From Nageia nagi (taxonomy: Eukaryota; Plantae; Pinophyta), in NCBI GenBank assembly GCA_050084985.1, contig JBITNC010000001.1:29264001-29328000 (forward strand): a stretch of 64,000 nucleotides of DNA. Reading direction: 5' to 3'. The translations under genes were made by a program, and so were the position numbers. Below the pieces are notes generated by a model. The model did no database searches and had not been told where the DNA came from. It saw only the letters and a program-made list of their open reading frames with translations. Shown one piece after another: positions 63,546-64,000 of this stretch; positions within the stretch are counted from its first letter, which is position 1; every line of letters begins with the position of its first letter.

Positions 63546-64000
63546 GAAACAAATCAAATACAAATGTATGCAAATCCACAATAACACAACAAAATCAAAT
63601 CTGATTTTATATTTTTATCTTATTTTCAAGCAACACAAATTGCAACTAGAGCAAATTAGAGACAATGTATTACACTTATATGTAATCAAAACTCCGACAG
63701 ATCATTGAACACACCTCGACAAAACTGAAAGAACAATTGTAACACCCTCAAAGTGGTAAATGAACCTTTTAGGACTAGTAATTTGGCACTTAGGTAGTTA
63801 CTATTGCAGTTCTAGTACATGTAGCCCCAAACGAACTCCTCAAAATCCCCAGCAAACTGATCTGATGCCAAACTTATTATCTCAACTCCTAAAACTTCAA
63901 ACATGCAAACACATACAAAACTTGAATAGATTTGTTCTCATATGGGTAAATAGTCTTCAGATCTCTCTTCCAACCTCCATTAGATCAGATCTAATGGGAA

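Overview
Eukaryotic, AT-rich, repeat-dense plant nuclear DNA. It is probably from a conifer or other gymnosperm (inferred from the style of the PLS-PPR relics, the TGGTGAACCC-type PBS elements and the long TE-filled introns). There are two convergent host genes. (1) A complete 8-exon PIG-A/SETH2 gene (GPI-GlcNAc transferase catalytic subunit, + strand, 30888-54951, 448 aa by my splice model) with one GC-AG intron and an 11.3-kb TE-packed third intron. (2) The last two exons of a plant YY1-type C2H2 zinc-finger gene (- strand, 59898-58409) with a second GC-AG intron and strongly altered recognition helices. The left 30 kb is nested, decayed mobile DNA: a Tat/Ogre-like Ty3/gypsy relic next to an antisense, apparently intron-containing plant-mobile-domain (PMD) gene; a non-autonomous relative with paired ~737-bp LTRs hosting a deleted Ty1/copia whose LTR contains a second PPT; three PLS-PPR pseudogene fragments; and a ~7.1-kb L1 LINE carrying an extra third coding region downstream of RT. 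That third region looks PMD/Transposase_32-like and is the most unusual item. PIG-A intron 3 holds a decayed hAT transposase, a MITE with the same TIR, an RTE-like RT, LTR relics and a 4-copy ~484-bp tandem array with a long-read-error signature. No RNA genes, CRISPR arrays or prokaryotic systems were seen. All alignments and identities were done by eye.
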